A stretch of DNA of 58,856 nt, taken from contig JAUQOU010000008.1 of NCBI GenBank assembly GCA_030550715.1, positions 1 to 58,856 on the forward strand, in the 5' to 3' direction. The stretch's first letter is position 1. Each line of letters begins with the position of its first letter. This DNA comes from a bacterium (GTDB taxonomy: Bacteria; Calescibacteriota; Calescibacteriia; Calescibacteriales; Calescibacteriaceae). Shown piece after piece: positions 9,697-20,303 of this stretch. The position numbers and the translations under genes are program-made. The notes under the pieces are model-generated. The model was not told the origin of the DNA. It saw only the letters and a program-made list of their open reading frames with translations, and ran no database searches.

Positions 9697-10446
9697 ATGA
9701 TAAGCTTAAAGAACAAAGTAGCAATAGTAACCGGTGGAGCATCAGGAATAGGAAGAGCTATATCAACATTATTTGTCCAACTTTCCGCAAAAGTCGTGAT
9801 AGCAGACATAAATGCAAGAGAGGGAGAAAAATTGTCAAAGGAGATAAACGCTCTATTTGAACATACAGATATAACCCAACTTGAAAGCGTAAGAGAAACT
9901 GCAAAAAAAGTGAAAGAAAAATTAGGGAAAATAGATGTTCTTGTAAACAGCGCTGGATGGGATGAGATAAAACCCTTTTTAGAAACTACGCCAGAATTTT
10001 GGGAAAAAGTAATATCTATAAACTTCAAGGGAGTGATAAATACTACGTATTGTGTTCTGCCCTATATGATAGAAGCGAAAAATGGTGTGATAATTAATAT
10101 ATCATCAGATGCAGGAAGAGTTGGAAGTAGCGGAGAAGCAGTGTATTCAGGTTGCAAAGCCGGAATAATAGGGTTCAGCAAAGCAATAGCAAGAGAGTAT
10201 GCAAAAGATGGGATAAGAGTAAATGTCATCTGTCCTGGACCAACCCGAACACCACTCCTTGAAAGCATTACGAAAGATAAATTGGGAGCAAAAATAATTT
10301 CAGCTATGGAAAAATATATACCTCTGGGGAGATTGGGAAGCCCAGAAGATATAGCGCCAGCAGTAGCATTTCTCGCATCAGATTATGCTTGTTATATAAC
10401 AGGTCAGGTTATAAGCATAAGCGGTGGGCTCACTATGGTCGGGTGA
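9697..10446 (+). CDS. SDR oxidoreductase, BadH-like (2-hydroxycyclohexanecarboxyl-CoA dehydrogenase-like)
   Basis: TGGASGIG, NSAGWD..KPFLET.PEFW, SSDAGRVGSSGEAVYSGCK and SGGLTM motifs. Confidence 0.82.
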   Translation: MISLKNKVAIVTGGASGIGRAISTLFVQLSAKVVIADINAREGEKLSKEINALFEHTDITQLESVRETAKKVKEKLGKIDVLVNSAGWDEIKPFLETTPEFWEKVISINFKGVINTTYCVLPYMIEAKNGVIINISSDAGRVGSSGEAVYSGCKAGIIGFSKAIAREYAKDGIRVNVICPGPTRTPLLESITKDKLGAKIISAMEKYIPLGRLGSPEDIAPAVAFLASDYACYITGQVISISGGLTMVG

Positions 10447-10609
10447 TTTACTCACTCCTTTGAAAATGAAAAGGGAAGGAGAAGATGCAGATTTTTCCCC
10501 AAAATTCATCTCAAATCATTAAAATTATATATATCTAATTTATTAAGGTATCTATTTTTATTGACATAATATCTTATGATATAAAGCATTATAAAAGGAG
10601 GAAGAAAAA

Positions 10610-12679
10610 ATGGGAGAAAAGACAAAAGTAAAAGAAATAGAAAAAGAAAGAGAAGATTACTCAGCAGAAAAAATAAAAATCCTCAAAGACCTTGAAGCTG
10701 TCAGAAAAAGACCCGCAATGTACATCGGCTCAACGGGAATTCAAGGCCTACACCACCTTGTCTGGGAAATAGTAGATAACTCGGTTGATGAAGCTCTTGC
10801 CGGCTACTGCAACAAAATTATCGTCAGAATACTTGAAGATGGATCTTGTGAGGTGGAAGATAACGGCAGAGGTATCCCAATAGATATACACCCTGAAACA
10901 GGAACACCAGCACTTGAGGTTGTCTTCACAAAACTTCACGCAGGAGGTAAATTTGAAAAAGGAGTTTATAAGGTATCGGGAGGACTACACGGAGTCGGAG
11001 CGTCTGTTGTAAATGCACTATCAGAAGAGCTTGAAGTTTGGGTTAAAAGAGATGGAAAGCTTGCCTATCAAAAATTTAAAAGAGGAAAACCTGTCACACC
11101 GATGAAAATAAAACAGGAAAGCGGAGTTGAAGAAACAGGAACAAGGGTCAGATTCAAACCCGACCCGGAAATATTTGAAACAACAGAATTTTCATATGAC
11201 ATAATAAGAGAAAGAATGAAAGAAATATCTCACATAATCCCTGGGTTAAAAATAATACTTCACGACAAAAGACAAGATAAAAAAGAAACTTTCTTTTCAG
11301 AGTCCGGAATTTCTGAACTTGTCAGAGATTTATCTGAAAACTCAAATGTCCTTTTCAAAAACCCAATATACATAGAGGGGGAAAAAGAAAACATAAAACT
11401 TTCAGCAGCTCTTCTTTACAGGGAAGAAAGAGAAGAAATTCTTCTCTCTTTCGCAAACACAATAAGGACCGTAGATGGTGGGACACATGTGACGGGCTTT
11501 AAAACAGCTCTATCAAAAGCAATAAACCAGTTCGCATCAAAAATCCTCAAAAAAGATGTTCTTTTCTCAGGAGAAGATATAAGGGAGGGGTTGGTATGTG
11601 TTATTTCTGTTTTCCTGCCAGACCCACAGTTTGAGGGGCAAACAAAATCAAAGTTGGGGAATACGAAGGTAAAAAGCATCGTTGAATCGCTCGCCTATGA
11701 AAAACTTGTCAAGCACTTTGAAGAAAATCCAAAGATAATAGAAGGAATTGTAAAGAGAGTATGGGAAACGCATCTTGAAAAGGAAGCAGAGAAAAAAGCA
11801 AGAGACCTTATCAGAAAAAGAGCAAGGGAAGAGGTGATTTTACCCGGAAAGCTTGCAGATTGCCAGCTGAAAGACCCTGAAAAAACAGAAATATTCATCG
11901 TAGAGGGAGAGAGCGCAGGAGGAAGCGCAAAACAAGCAAGAGATAGAAGATTCCAAGCTATCTTACCACTCAGAGGAAAAATCCTCAATGTTGAAAAAGC
12001 TTCCCTGATAAAGATGCTAAATCACGAAGAAATACAGGCGATCGTCTCTGCTCTCGGTTGTGGAATAGGCAAAGAATGCTCACCAGAAAAACTCAGATAC
12101 CACAAAATAATCCTCCTTTCAGACGCAGATATTGATGGCTCACACATAAAAACACTCATTCTCACATTCTTCTGGCGCTATATGCGACCTATTATAGAAA
12201 ACGGGCACGTCTTTATAGCTCAACCACCACTTTACAGAGTGAGAGAAAAAACTCAAGATATATACCTCAAAGACGATAGAGAACTCAAAGAGTTTATAAT
12301 AAAAAGAGGTCTCAAAAAAATCCTGAAAGATGATAGCAAAAATCAAAATGAAATAGATAGCATAGTAAAAGCCATACTGAAAGATAAAAAAGAAGAACTC
12401 AAAAAATTTTTCAAGGACCCCGAAGAAATTATAAAATCAGCAGAGGAGAAAGGTAAAGAAAACCTCATAATCCAGAGGTTCAAAGGGTTGGGAGAGATGA
12501 ACCCATCTCAGCTCTGGGAGACGACGATGAACCCTGCAACAAGAGTTCTCAAAAAAATCACTGTAAAAGATGCCGAGGAAGCAGATGAGCTTTTTTCAAT
12601 TCTTATGGGAGAAAAAGTTGAACCGAGAAGAGAATTTATAATCAAGCACGCTCTTGAAACAGAAACACTTGATATATAA
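10610..12679 (+). CDS. gyrB: Type IIA topoisomerase B subunit, probably DNA gyrase B
   Basis: EIVDNSVDE, DNGRGIP, GGLHGVG, PLRGKILN, DADIDG and QRFKGLGEM motifs. Confidence 0.9.
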   Translation: MGEKTKVKEIEKEREDYSAEKIKILKDLEAVRKRPAMYIGSTGIQGLHHLVWEIVDNSVDEALAGYCNKIIVRILEDGSCEVEDNGRGIPIDIHPETGTPALEVVFTKLHAGGKFEKGVYKVSGGLHGVGASVVNALSEELEVWVKRDGKLAYQKFKRGKPVTPMKIKQESGVEETGTRVRFKPDPEIFETTEFSYDIIRERMKEISHIIPGLKIILHDKRQDKKETFFSESGISELVRDLSENSNVLFKNPIYIEGEKENIKLSAALLYREEREEILLSFANTIRTVDGGTHVTGFKTALSKAINQFASKILKKDVLFSGEDIREGLVCVISVFLPDPQFEGQTKSKLGNTKVKSIVESLAYEKLVKHFEENPKIIEGIVKRVWETHLEKEAEKKARDLIRKRAREEVILPGKLADCQLKDPEKTEIFIVEGESAGGSAKQARDRRFQAILPLRGKILNVEKASLIKMLNHEEIQAIVSALGCGIGKECSPEKLRYHKIILLSDADIDGSHIKTLILTFFWRYMRPIIENGHVFIAQPPLYRVREKTQDIYLKDDRELKEFIIKRGLKKILKDDSKNQNEIDSIVKAILKDKKEELKKFFKDPEEIIKSAEEKGKENLIIQRFKGLGEMNPSQLWETTMNPATRVLKKITVKDAEEADELFSILMGEKVEPRREFIIKHALETETLDI

Positions 12680-12691
12680 AACTTTTTCTTC

Positions 12692-13939
12692 TCACTCCCT
12701 TATATGCCCGTCTCCGAATAGTATCCATTTTAGAGTAGTTAGACCTTCAAGTCCCATAGGTCCGTATGCGTGAATTTTCGTTGTTGAAATTCCGACTTCT
12801 GCTCCGAGCCCGTACTCATATCCATCTGCAAGACGAGTTGAGGCATTAACCATAACAGAAGACGAGTCAACCTCCTTTATGAACTTCATAGCGTTGCTGT
12901 AATTTTCTGTTATGATTGACTCTGTATGTGAGGAGCCGTATTTCCTTATGTGTTCTATCGCTTCATCAATAGAATTAACAACTCTGACTGCAAGAATGAG
13001 ATCAAGGTATTCAGCGTACCAGTCATCTTCAGTAGCCGGTTTAGCGTATGGGAGAATCTTTCTTGTTATTTCGCATCCCCTGATCTCAACCCCGTTTTCT
13101 CTGAAAATCTCTCCCATTTTCGGCAGGAATTTTTCAGCTATGTTCTTGTGGACAAGAAGCGTTTCCATAGCGTTGCATACAGAAGGTCTTTGAACCTTTG
13201 CGTTCAGACAAATCTTATATGCTTTCTCTAAATCAGCGTATTCATCAACAAAAATATGGCAGACGCCCTTGTAATGTTTGAGAACTGGCACACGAGAGTT
13301 TTCAGAAACAGCTCTTATAAGCTTTTCTCCCCCACGCGGGATCACAAGGTCTATCATTTCTTCTAGTTTTATAAGCTCAAGAACAAATTCATACGATGGG
13401 TTATCTACAAAGACCACAACATCTGGATTTATACCTTCGCTTGCTATTGCCTCTCTGATGATTTTTGCGAGAGCTGAATTTGTTCTTATGGCTTCTGATC
13501 CACCTCTTAAAATCACTGCATTTCCGGATTTTATGCAAAGCCCTGCTATATCAACTGTTACATTTGGTCTTGCCTCATAGATAGCGAAAACGACGCCGAG
13601 CGGTATTCTCATGCGTCCAACGAGCATTCCGTTAGGTCTCCTTCTCATCTCAACTATTTCACCAACAGGGTCGGGTAATTTGATTATCTCCTCCACTGAG
13701 TTTATGAGCCCCTTTATTCTTTTTTCGTCAAGCTTGAGTCTATCTAACAGAGCTTTTGATATACCGTTTTTTTCCGCATTTTCAAGATCTTGCTTATTTG
13801 CATAAATTATCTCATCTTTTTTGCTTTCAAGAAGTTGAGAAATTTTTGAGAGTATCTTGTTTTTAGTAATTGTGTCTGCTCTTGCAATTTCAGATTTTGC
13901 TTTCCTCGCTCTTCCTGCTATCTCTAATGCCAAACTCAT
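12692..13939 (-). CDS. proA: Gamma-glutamyl phosphate reductase
   Basis: IYEARPNVT, LRGGSEA, VCNAMET and GAEVGISTTKIHAYGPMG motifs; start placed at MSLALE. Confidence 0.97.
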   Translation of the reverse strand: MSLALEIAGRARKAKSEIARADTITKNKILSKISQLLESKKDEIIYANKQDLENAEKNGISKALLDRLKLDEKRIKGLINSVEEIIKLPDPVGEIVEMRRRPNGMLVGRMRIPLGVVFAIYEARPNVTVDIAGLCIKSGNAVILRGGSEAIRTNSALAKIIREAIASEGINPDVVVFVDNPSYEFVLELIKLEEMIDLVIPRGGEKLIRAVSENSRVPVLKHYKGVCHIFVDEYADLEKAYKICLNAKVQRPSVCNAMETLLVHKNIAEKFLPKMGEIFRENGVEIRGCEITRKILPYAKPATEDDWYAEYLDLILAVRVVNSIDEAIEHIRKYGSSHTESIITENYSNAMKFIKEVDSSSVMVNASTRLADGYEYGLGAEVGISTTKIHAYGPMGLEGLTTLKWILFGDGHIRE

Positions 13940-13994
13940 AAAGAACCTTTTAAAGATTTTTACTGCTCTGAAAAAAATTTGCAAGAATAATTAT

Positions 13995-15293
13995 CTATGT
14001 GATTGAAAAAGCTTTATCGCGAGTTTTTGAATCAAGAGAAAACAAAAGCAAAACAGAAGAAATGAAGAAAAGAAAAGCAAGAGAAAATCCCAAAATATAA
14101 TTGAGCTTCAATCCAGCTAAAATGAACGCAAGAAAAGATAAAAAAACAGAGGAAAGATATATGAACAAAACTGCGCCACGATGACTTTTCAGAAGAAACA
14201 TCAACCTGTGATGGATATGGTCTTTCCCTGTAAAAGCAATCCAATCAGAGAAAGATTTTACAAAGCCGTACTTTATTCTGAAAATCGTTATCTGAATCAT
14301 ATCAAAAAGCAGGAACCACATAATCATCGCGGGGAGTAAGAAAGCTTTCCAGTATTCTCCACGAGAAGCCCAAGCGACATCTGCGGTAAGTGAAGCGAGA
14401 ACGAAACCGCAAAACTGTGCACCTATATCTCCGAGAAAAATCCAAGCGGGAAAAAAGTTGAAAAACAAAAATCCCAAAAGAGCTCCGCAAAGCGGTAAAG
14501 ATAGCAGAAAAACCTCCGGAGAGCCATTGAGGAGTGATATAATTGAAGAAGAGAGGGCTATTATTATTCCGAGACCGCTTGCAAGTCCGTCAAGTCCATC
14601 TATAAAGTTATATGCGTTTGTAAAACCTATAATCCATATCAGTGTCAAAACCTCGTTCAAACCTTTACCCCACTCTTCGCCGACCGGGAAAAGACGAAGA
14701 GATATTCCATTATCTATGACCCATATTGCAAGGAAAAACTGAGCAAGTAATCTGAGTTTTGCTGGAATACCGAAAATATCGTCAAGAAGTCCAACAAAAG
14801 CAATTATAGCACCTGATACCATGACTATCTTATATTTGTATGGGAAGGAGTTTTCGGAGAGAATTATCGCTCCCGCAAAAGCCAGAGCCACCGCTAAACC
14901 CCCTAACTTACCTACTTCTCCGAAGTGAATTTTTCTCGGGGAATCTGACCTATCTACTATGCCCAAAATGCGCGAAAGCTCAAGCATTGAAGGAGTAAAA
15001 ACCAAAGAGAGAATGAACGAAGATATAAGCAAAAATACGGTTTGTGGAACTCCGAATTTTTCCCAGAAAGAGTTCATAAAAAAAAGCAAGAAAAAGAGTA
15101 AGATAAAGCCCAGGGGGTTTTTCAGAAATAACCTGATTTTGTTCAGAAGCGGTGAAATTTTGAGATGGTTAATAAACTCTTCGTTTTCTGAACCTTCTTT
15201 TTTCAGAGAATCTTTTTTTTCTTTTTCTTCGCTAACGCTATCTTTTTTCTCTTCCGGTTCTTTATCTTTCTCTTGAAAAACAGCTATATTCAT
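13995..15293 (-). CDS. MraY/WecA/TagO-family undecaprenyl-phosphate GlcNAc-1-P transferase
   Basis: RKIH....LGG, GLLDD, NAYNFIDGLDGLA, IFLGD.G and DHIHHRL motifs; multiple TM segments. Confidence 0.9.
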   Translation of the reverse strand: MNIAVFQEKDKEPEEKKDSVSEEKEKKDSLKKEGSENEEFINHLKISPLLNKIRLFLKNPLGFILLFFLLFFMNSFWEKFGVPQTVFLLISSFILSLVFTPSMLELSRILGIVDRSDSPRKIHFGEVGKLGGLAVALAFAGAIILSENSFPYKYKIVMVSGAIIAFVGLLDDIFGIPAKLRLLAQFFLAIWVIDNGISLRLFPVGEEWGKGLNEVLTLIWIIGFTNAYNFIDGLDGLASGLGIIIALSSSIISLLNGSPEVFLLSLPLCGALLGFLFFNFFPAWIFLGDIGAQFCGFVLASLTADVAWASRGEYWKAFLLPAMIMWFLLFDMIQITIFRIKYGFVKSFSDWIAFTGKDHIHHRLMFLLKSHRGAVLFIYLSSVFLSFLAFILAGLKLNYILGFSLAFLFFISSVLLLFSLDSKTRDKAFSIT

Positions 15294-15315
15294 TCCATAT
15301 TTCCTCCGATTTTTT

Positions 15316-16005
15316 TCACTTTTCAGTAGGGTTATTCATTTTTTTATTTTTAAGCTTATCATTTGTTCCGTTGAGTATTTGGAGTATTTCAAGGAATTGG
15401 AATCTATACGGTTGGAATCCTTCCGCGTATCCGCATCTTGCTTGAATTCCTCTGAAAGTAGCTGTACTTTTTGCAACCCGAATTATATCAAGGTCAGATA
15501 TATTGACTTTATCTACCTGCGAAGCGTGGGCTAAAAGAAGTTTCATTTTTTCTTCAAGCACATCTGTTATATCTGTGAAGACATCTGGCTTGAAGCTCGC
15601 AGATGTACTTGGCACCTCATAAAAAAGAACATTTCTTGAATACCTTGTTGCAGTTATAGTAGATTTTGAAAGAGCGTAGTGATCTTGATGGGTATCTTCA
15701 TAAAAATTCACAAATATTATAGATGGCTGGACTTTATTTATGACTTCTTCTATTTTGATTATAAGTTCTCGGGAGTAAGATAGGAATGTATCTTTGAACC
15801 TTCCGAAGATGATTTCTGCTTTTAAAATCTCTGCTGATTTTGTAGCTTCTTTCATTCTGACTTCGGGGTCTCCGCCGTACTCACCCGAAGTAGCGACGAA
15901 CAAAAATATTTTTGCTCCAAGGTCTCTCAATTTCAAGAGAGTGCCACCGCATCCGAACTCTATGTCATCTGGATGAGCTCCTATCGCAAGGACACTCAGC
16001 GACAT
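15316..16005 (-). CDS. PIG-L/LmbE family deacetylase
   Basis: AHPDDIEFGCGG, DTHQDH and AHASQ motifs. Confidence 0.92.
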   Translation of the reverse strand: MSLSVLAIGAHPDDIEFGCGGTLLKLRDLGAKIFLFVATSGEYGGDPEVRMKEATKSAEILKAEIIFGRFKDTFLSYSRELIIKIEEVINKVQPSIIFVNFYEDTHQDHYALSKSTITATRYSRNVLFYEVPSTSASFKPDVFTDITDVLEEKMKLLLAHASQVDKVNISDLDIIRVAKSTATFRGIQARCGYAEGFQPYRFQFLEILQILNGTNDKLKNKKMNNPTEK

Positions 16006-16233
16006 CTTTCCCCTACCCCTTTAACCAATCCAGATTAAAATTTTATTTTAAAAATCCTTCTTAAAATAAACCTTAACAATATTAAACTTTAAATTAAAAG
16101 CTGAAAATAATAGAAAAGCTAAAAATTTTTTGCTTTTTCCTTGAAAATTTTAGCAATAATTTATGAAAATAGAAAAATCTGAAAATCAACTAAATAGCAA
16201 AACTTATTTATTTGATACTCCAAAACCGGTGCA

Positions 16234-19200
16234 TTATCGGTCCTCAACATATATGTACTTCAAAAGTGGGGGAATTACAAGAAGTATGAGCAATCCCGAT
16301 ATGAACATACCACCCACGACCACCACCGCCAGAGGTTTTTGTATCTGACTTCCAACACCTTTTGATAGAGTTGTAGGTAAAAGACCCAAAGAAGCGGTAA
16401 AACTGCTCAAAAGAACCGCTCTGAATTTTTCTGATGCAGACCTCTTTGCAGATTCCTCGGGAGAAAGCCCATTCAATATATGTTCTTTATATGCTGACAT
16501 CATAAAAGATATGTTCAGAATAGATACACCAATTATAGAAACGAAACCAACCATTGCTGATAAACTCAAAGGGAAGCCGGCAACGAATAAACTTATAGCA
16601 CCACCGAAAAGAGAAAAAAGAATTCCACTCATAGCAATCAGTGTGTTCTTAACAGAGCGGTTAAGTATATATAAAAATGTGAAGAGAGCGACAATTGATA
16701 AACTTCCGGAAAAGGAAAGGCGTCTTAGGGCTTCAACAAGGCTTTTGAACTGCCCACTCCACTCCATAAAATATCCTTCGGGAAGTTCTATATCTTTTAC
16801 TTCTTCTTGCGCCTTCTTGACTGTACCTGCAAGGTCCTTTGAAACTACCGAGAACTTTATAGGTATATACCTCTTGTAGTTTTCTCTATATATAAATGAA
16901 GCTCCGGTGCTAAAATATATTTTTGCCAGAGAAGAAAGATTTACATAAGAACCATTAGAAAGAACGACAGGAATCTCCCCTATCTTTGAAGGGTTTTGCC
17001 TTAAATCTTCTGGAAGGATAACCAAAAGAGAAAATCTTTTATCACCTTCTATCACTTGCGTTGCCTCCTTTCCTCCAAGCGCAGCAGAAACAGTATCCAT
17101 AAGCTGTTCCACACTAAGTCCGTAGGCAGAAAGCGCATCTCTATCTGCCTCTATTACTAGGTTCGGCTGTCCTATCTCTCTGAAAACCCCAACATCTTCA
17201 ATTCCCTTTACTTTCTTTATTCTTTCTTCTACCTGATTAGCTAATTTATCTAAATTGAAAAGGTCATCTCCAAAGATTTTGACAGCGTTCTCTCCTTTAA
17301 CTCCTGTTATAACTTCCTCAAGATTATCTTGAATATATTGAGATATGTTTATATCAACGTGAGGAAAAATCTCTCTTATCTTTTGTCTTATAGCTTTTTC
17401 CAATTCTTTTTTATCTTTAAATCTTTTCCACTGTGAGTATGGTTTTAGGTCAACAAAGTATTCTGTGTTAAAAGGTCCTGTCGGGTCTGTTCCATCTTCC
17501 GGTCTTCCCACTTTGAAATTAACAGTTTTTACTTCTGGGAAAGTCAAAAGAATATCTCTAACTTTCTTTGCATTTTCATATGCAGAGGATAGAGAAATAG
17601 AGTATGGGAATATGATACGCATATATATGTTGCCTTCATCCATTTTTGGTATGAACTCAAGACCGAGATTTTTAAGTATAAGCAAACTCAAAACCGCTAA
17701 TGCAGAAAGTTGTAAAACCACCCACCTACCCTTTACTTTGACGAGTTTATTCAAAAATCTGTTGTATAGTTTTTCTGAAATTTTCACAAGAAGTGTTTCT
17801 TCTTTTTTTGGCTTTACAAAAAGCATAAGAGCAGAGACCAGAAATGTAAAAGTTAAAGCTATGCAGGCGCCTATGGCGTAAAGATATGTCTTAACCATAG
17901 GAGCAAATATTCTTTTTTCTGCTCCCTCCATAAGGAACACGGGAATAAAGCTTATACCTAAAAGAATTATAGACAGAACAAGAAGTCCCCCTACCTCCTG
18001 AGTAGATTGAACAAGAGCTCGCTTACCTGGACCGTATGACCTTGTGTTTCTGAAATAATTTTCTACAAAGAGAAGGGAAATATCAGCAATTATTCCAAAG
18101 TCTATGGCAGCTATGGAAAGGAAGTTGACAGATTCACCTCGCACAGCCATAATCCCCAACGCTATAATCAACGACATAGGAACAATAAGTCCCACAAAAA
18201 AAGCTGTTTTTATATCCCCGAGAAACAAAAAGATAGAGAAAAGAACCAGGGTTATACCTAAAAGTGCTATTTCAGATACTTTGTGAATAACTGTATCTAC
18301 AAGCTTTCCTCTTTCGTAAAAAGGAACTATTTTTACATCTTTTGGAAGTATATGAGAGTTTAGCTCTTTTACTTTTTCTTTTATAGACCTTATAGAAGGT
18401 ATGCTTTTTGCATCTCTGCGCAGAACTACGACTCCCATTACTATATCGTCATCTCTGTTCAAACCCACTATTCCAGTTCTCGGCACATTATCAATGCGGA
18501 CTTCTCCTATATCTCTTATGAGAACAGGAGTTCCGTTCTTATAAGCTACAACAACGTTTTCTATATCTTTGAGATTTCTTATAAGCCCGAGCCCTCTTAT
18601 GAGGAAGTATTGAGAACCGAAATCTATGGCTCTTCCTCCGGCATTCACATTAGAGTTTGAAAGCGCATCTATTATGTTTGAAAGAGATATCCTGTACTTT
18701 ATGAGATTTTCCGGCTTCACCTCAACCACGTATGCCTTTATAAATCCTCCGTAGCTTGGGACATCCTCAACACCTTCGGCAGTCCTGAGGTACCTTGCAA
18801 TCACCCAATCCTGAATTGTTCTGAGTTCCATAAGGTCTCTGTTACCCACCACGGCATACCGCATCACCTCTCCAATAGGATTAGGTATTATTCTGGGGGA
18901 CGCGTTATCTGGCAAGCTCACAATAGATATCCTGTTTATCACCTCCTGTCTTGCTTGCATGTAAGAGACATCATAAGAGAAAGTGCATTTTATGTCAGAA
19001 AGTCCGTAGAGCGATATAGAGTTTATTCTGCGGAGACCTCTCATACCTGCAAGTGCTATCTCCAACGGAATTGTTATCTGCCTTTCCACCTCTTCTGCTG
19101 ACCTACCGGGATATAAAGTCACTATCTCTATCACCGGGGGTGAAGGGTCCGGAAAAGCTTCAACATTTAGATTTCTTAAAAAAAGTGCACAGGAGACAGA

Positions 19201-19266
19201 AAAAGCTATACCGAAAATCAAAAATAACAAAGCATTATCAGATACAAAAATAACCCACCTTTTCAT
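16234..19266 (-). CDS. czcA: CzcA/CusA-family heavy-metal RND efflux permease
   Basis: VEAFPD, EVERQITIPLE, AIDFGIIAD....VEN, GRPEDGTD and QKPLAVVVVGG motifs. Confidence 0.9.
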   Translation of the reverse strand: MKRWVIFVSDNALLFLIFGIAFSVSCALFLRNLNVEAFPDPSPPVIEIVTLYPGRSAEEVERQITIPLEIALAGMRGLRRINSISLYGLSDIKCTFSYDVSYMQARQEVINRISIVSLPDNASPRIIPNPIGEVMRYAVVGNRDLMELRTIQDWVIARYLRTAEGVEDVPSYGGFIKAYVVEVKPENLIKYRISLSNIIDALSNSNVNAGGRAIDFGSQYFLIRGLGLIRNLKDIENVVVAYKNGTPVLIRDIGEVRIDNVPRTGIVGLNRDDDIVMGVVVLRRDAKSIPSIRSIKEKVKELNSHILPKDVKIVPFYERGKLVDTVIHKVSEIALLGITLVLFSIFLFLGDIKTAFFVGLIVPMSLIIALGIMAVRGESVNFLSIAAIDFGIIADISLLFVENYFRNTRSYGPGKRALVQSTQEVGGLLVLSIILLGISFIPVFLMEGAEKRIFAPMVKTYLYAIGACIALTFTFLVSALMLFVKPKKEETLLVKISEKLYNRFLNKLVKVKGRWVVLQLSALAVLSLLILKNLGLEFIPKMDEGNIYMRIIFPYSISLSSAYENAKKVRDILLTFPEVKTVNFKVGRPEDGTDPTGPFNTEYFVDLKPYSQWKRFKDKKELEKAIRQKIREIFPHVDINISQYIQDNLEEVITGVKGENAVKIFGDDLFNLDKLANQVEERIKKVKGIEDVGVFREIGQPNLVIEADRDALSAYGLSVEQLMDTVSAALGGKEATQVIEGDKRFSLLVILPEDLRQNPSKIGEIPVVLSNGSYVNLSSLAKIYFSTGASFIYRENYKRYIPIKFSVVSKDLAGTVKKAQEEVKDIELPEGYFMEWSGQFKSLVEALRRLSFSGSLSIVALFTFLYILNRSVKNTLIAMSGILFSLFGGAISLFVAGFPLSLSAMVGFVSIIGVSILNISFMMSAYKEHILNGLSPEESAKRSASEKFRAVLLSSFTASLGLLPTTLSKGVGSQIQKPLAVVVVGGMFISGLLILLVIPPLLKYIYVEDR

Positions 19267-20303
19267 GGTGATACCTCCAGAATAGGATTGGAAATCACCT
19301 TTTGTCCTTCCTGAATACCAAGGAGAGCAACTCTTCCATCTTCTAACTCTTTTACGAAATTCACCTCCTTCTTTTCAACTTTACCATCTTCAAGAAGGAA
19401 AACATAGAACTTACCATTTTGATAAAGCAAAGCTCTCCTTGGAATTACCGCATAACGTTCCTCACCCACAAGTATATTCACATTGAAAAACATGTTTATT
19501 TTGAATGGCTCTTTCTCCGAAGGTTCTATATAAACCTTTGCTCTATGGGTTTCAGGATCCAGAACATCACTCACGTACTTGACTTTTCCCTCAAACTTTC
19601 TCTGCGGATATGTGCTCACAAAAAAATCTACCTTGTCTCCTACCTTTATCTTTGGCAGGTCTCTATCAGCAATAAGAGCGGTAATGACAATTTTCAGTGG
19701 ATTCACTATGCTTAAAATTTCAGTCGCCTGATCTACCGGGTCACCTACATGAGCGAGTATCTGATAGACAACTCCATCTATTGGTGATATAATATTGCTT
19801 ATGCCCATACCACCGCCAAGTATTTTGAGTCTCTCCTCAACACCTCTTAGCTGAGCTTTTATGACCTCGTAGCTGGTTTCTGCCTCAATAAGCTCACTCT
19901 TTGGTATAGCTCCCACCTCATAAAGTTCTCTTTTGATTTTGAGAAGCTTTTCTGCTTGGGATAGTTGTGCTGAGAGAGAGAGTTTTTGAGCGTATAAATC
20001 AGTAGTATCTGGTGCCTTTACCACAGCAAGAATCTGTCCTGCTCTTACACGTTCTCCCACACGAACCTTTATACTTTGAAGAGTTCCTGGAGTGCGTGAA
20101 GTCACCTTAACTATGCCCTCTTTATCTGGCTGGACAAATCCCGTTGCTTCTACGAAATCTGGTATATCTTCAAATACCACTTTTTCTACCTGAATTTCCT
20201 GAGGTTTTTCTTTTTTGCTTACTTTCTCTCCACCCCCAGTAGAGCATGAGAAGATGATAAAAGAAAAGAACAAAATCATTATGAGTTTAGTTTTCATAAT
20301 CAT
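19263..20303 (-). CDS. czcB: RND periplasmic adaptor (MFP) lipoprotein
   Basis: Lipobox FSC; barrel-sandwich motifs (V.VGERV.AGQ, SPIDGVV); 4-nt overlap with the permease. Confidence 0.88.
   Translation of the reverse strand: MIMKTKLIMILFFSFIIFSCSTGGGEKVSKKEKPQEIQVEKVVFEDIPDFVEATGFVQPDKEGIVKVTSRTPGTLQSIKVRVGERVRAGQILAVVKAPDTTDLYAQKLSLSAQLSQAEKLLKIKRELYEVGAIPKSELIEAETSYEVIKAQLRGVEERLKILGGGMGISNIISPIDGVVYQILAHVGDPVDQATEILSIVNPLKIVITALIADRDLPKIKVGDKVDFFVSTYPQRKFEGKVKYVSDVLDPETHRAKVYIEPSEKEPFKINMFFNVNILVGEERYAVIPRRALLYQNGKFYVFLLEDGKVEKKEVNFVKELEDGRVALLGIQEGQKVISNPILEVSP

Noticed and set aside
10510-10524. 15-mer CTCAAATCATTAAAA, also at 28216-28230, each upstream of a TTGACA
   Set aside because: An AT-rich match of this length is plausible by chance, and the spacing to TTGACA differs (36 vs 30 nt)
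16163-16348. 61-aa plus-strand ORF
   Set aside because: Mostly antisense to the czcA 3' end and has no recognisable motif
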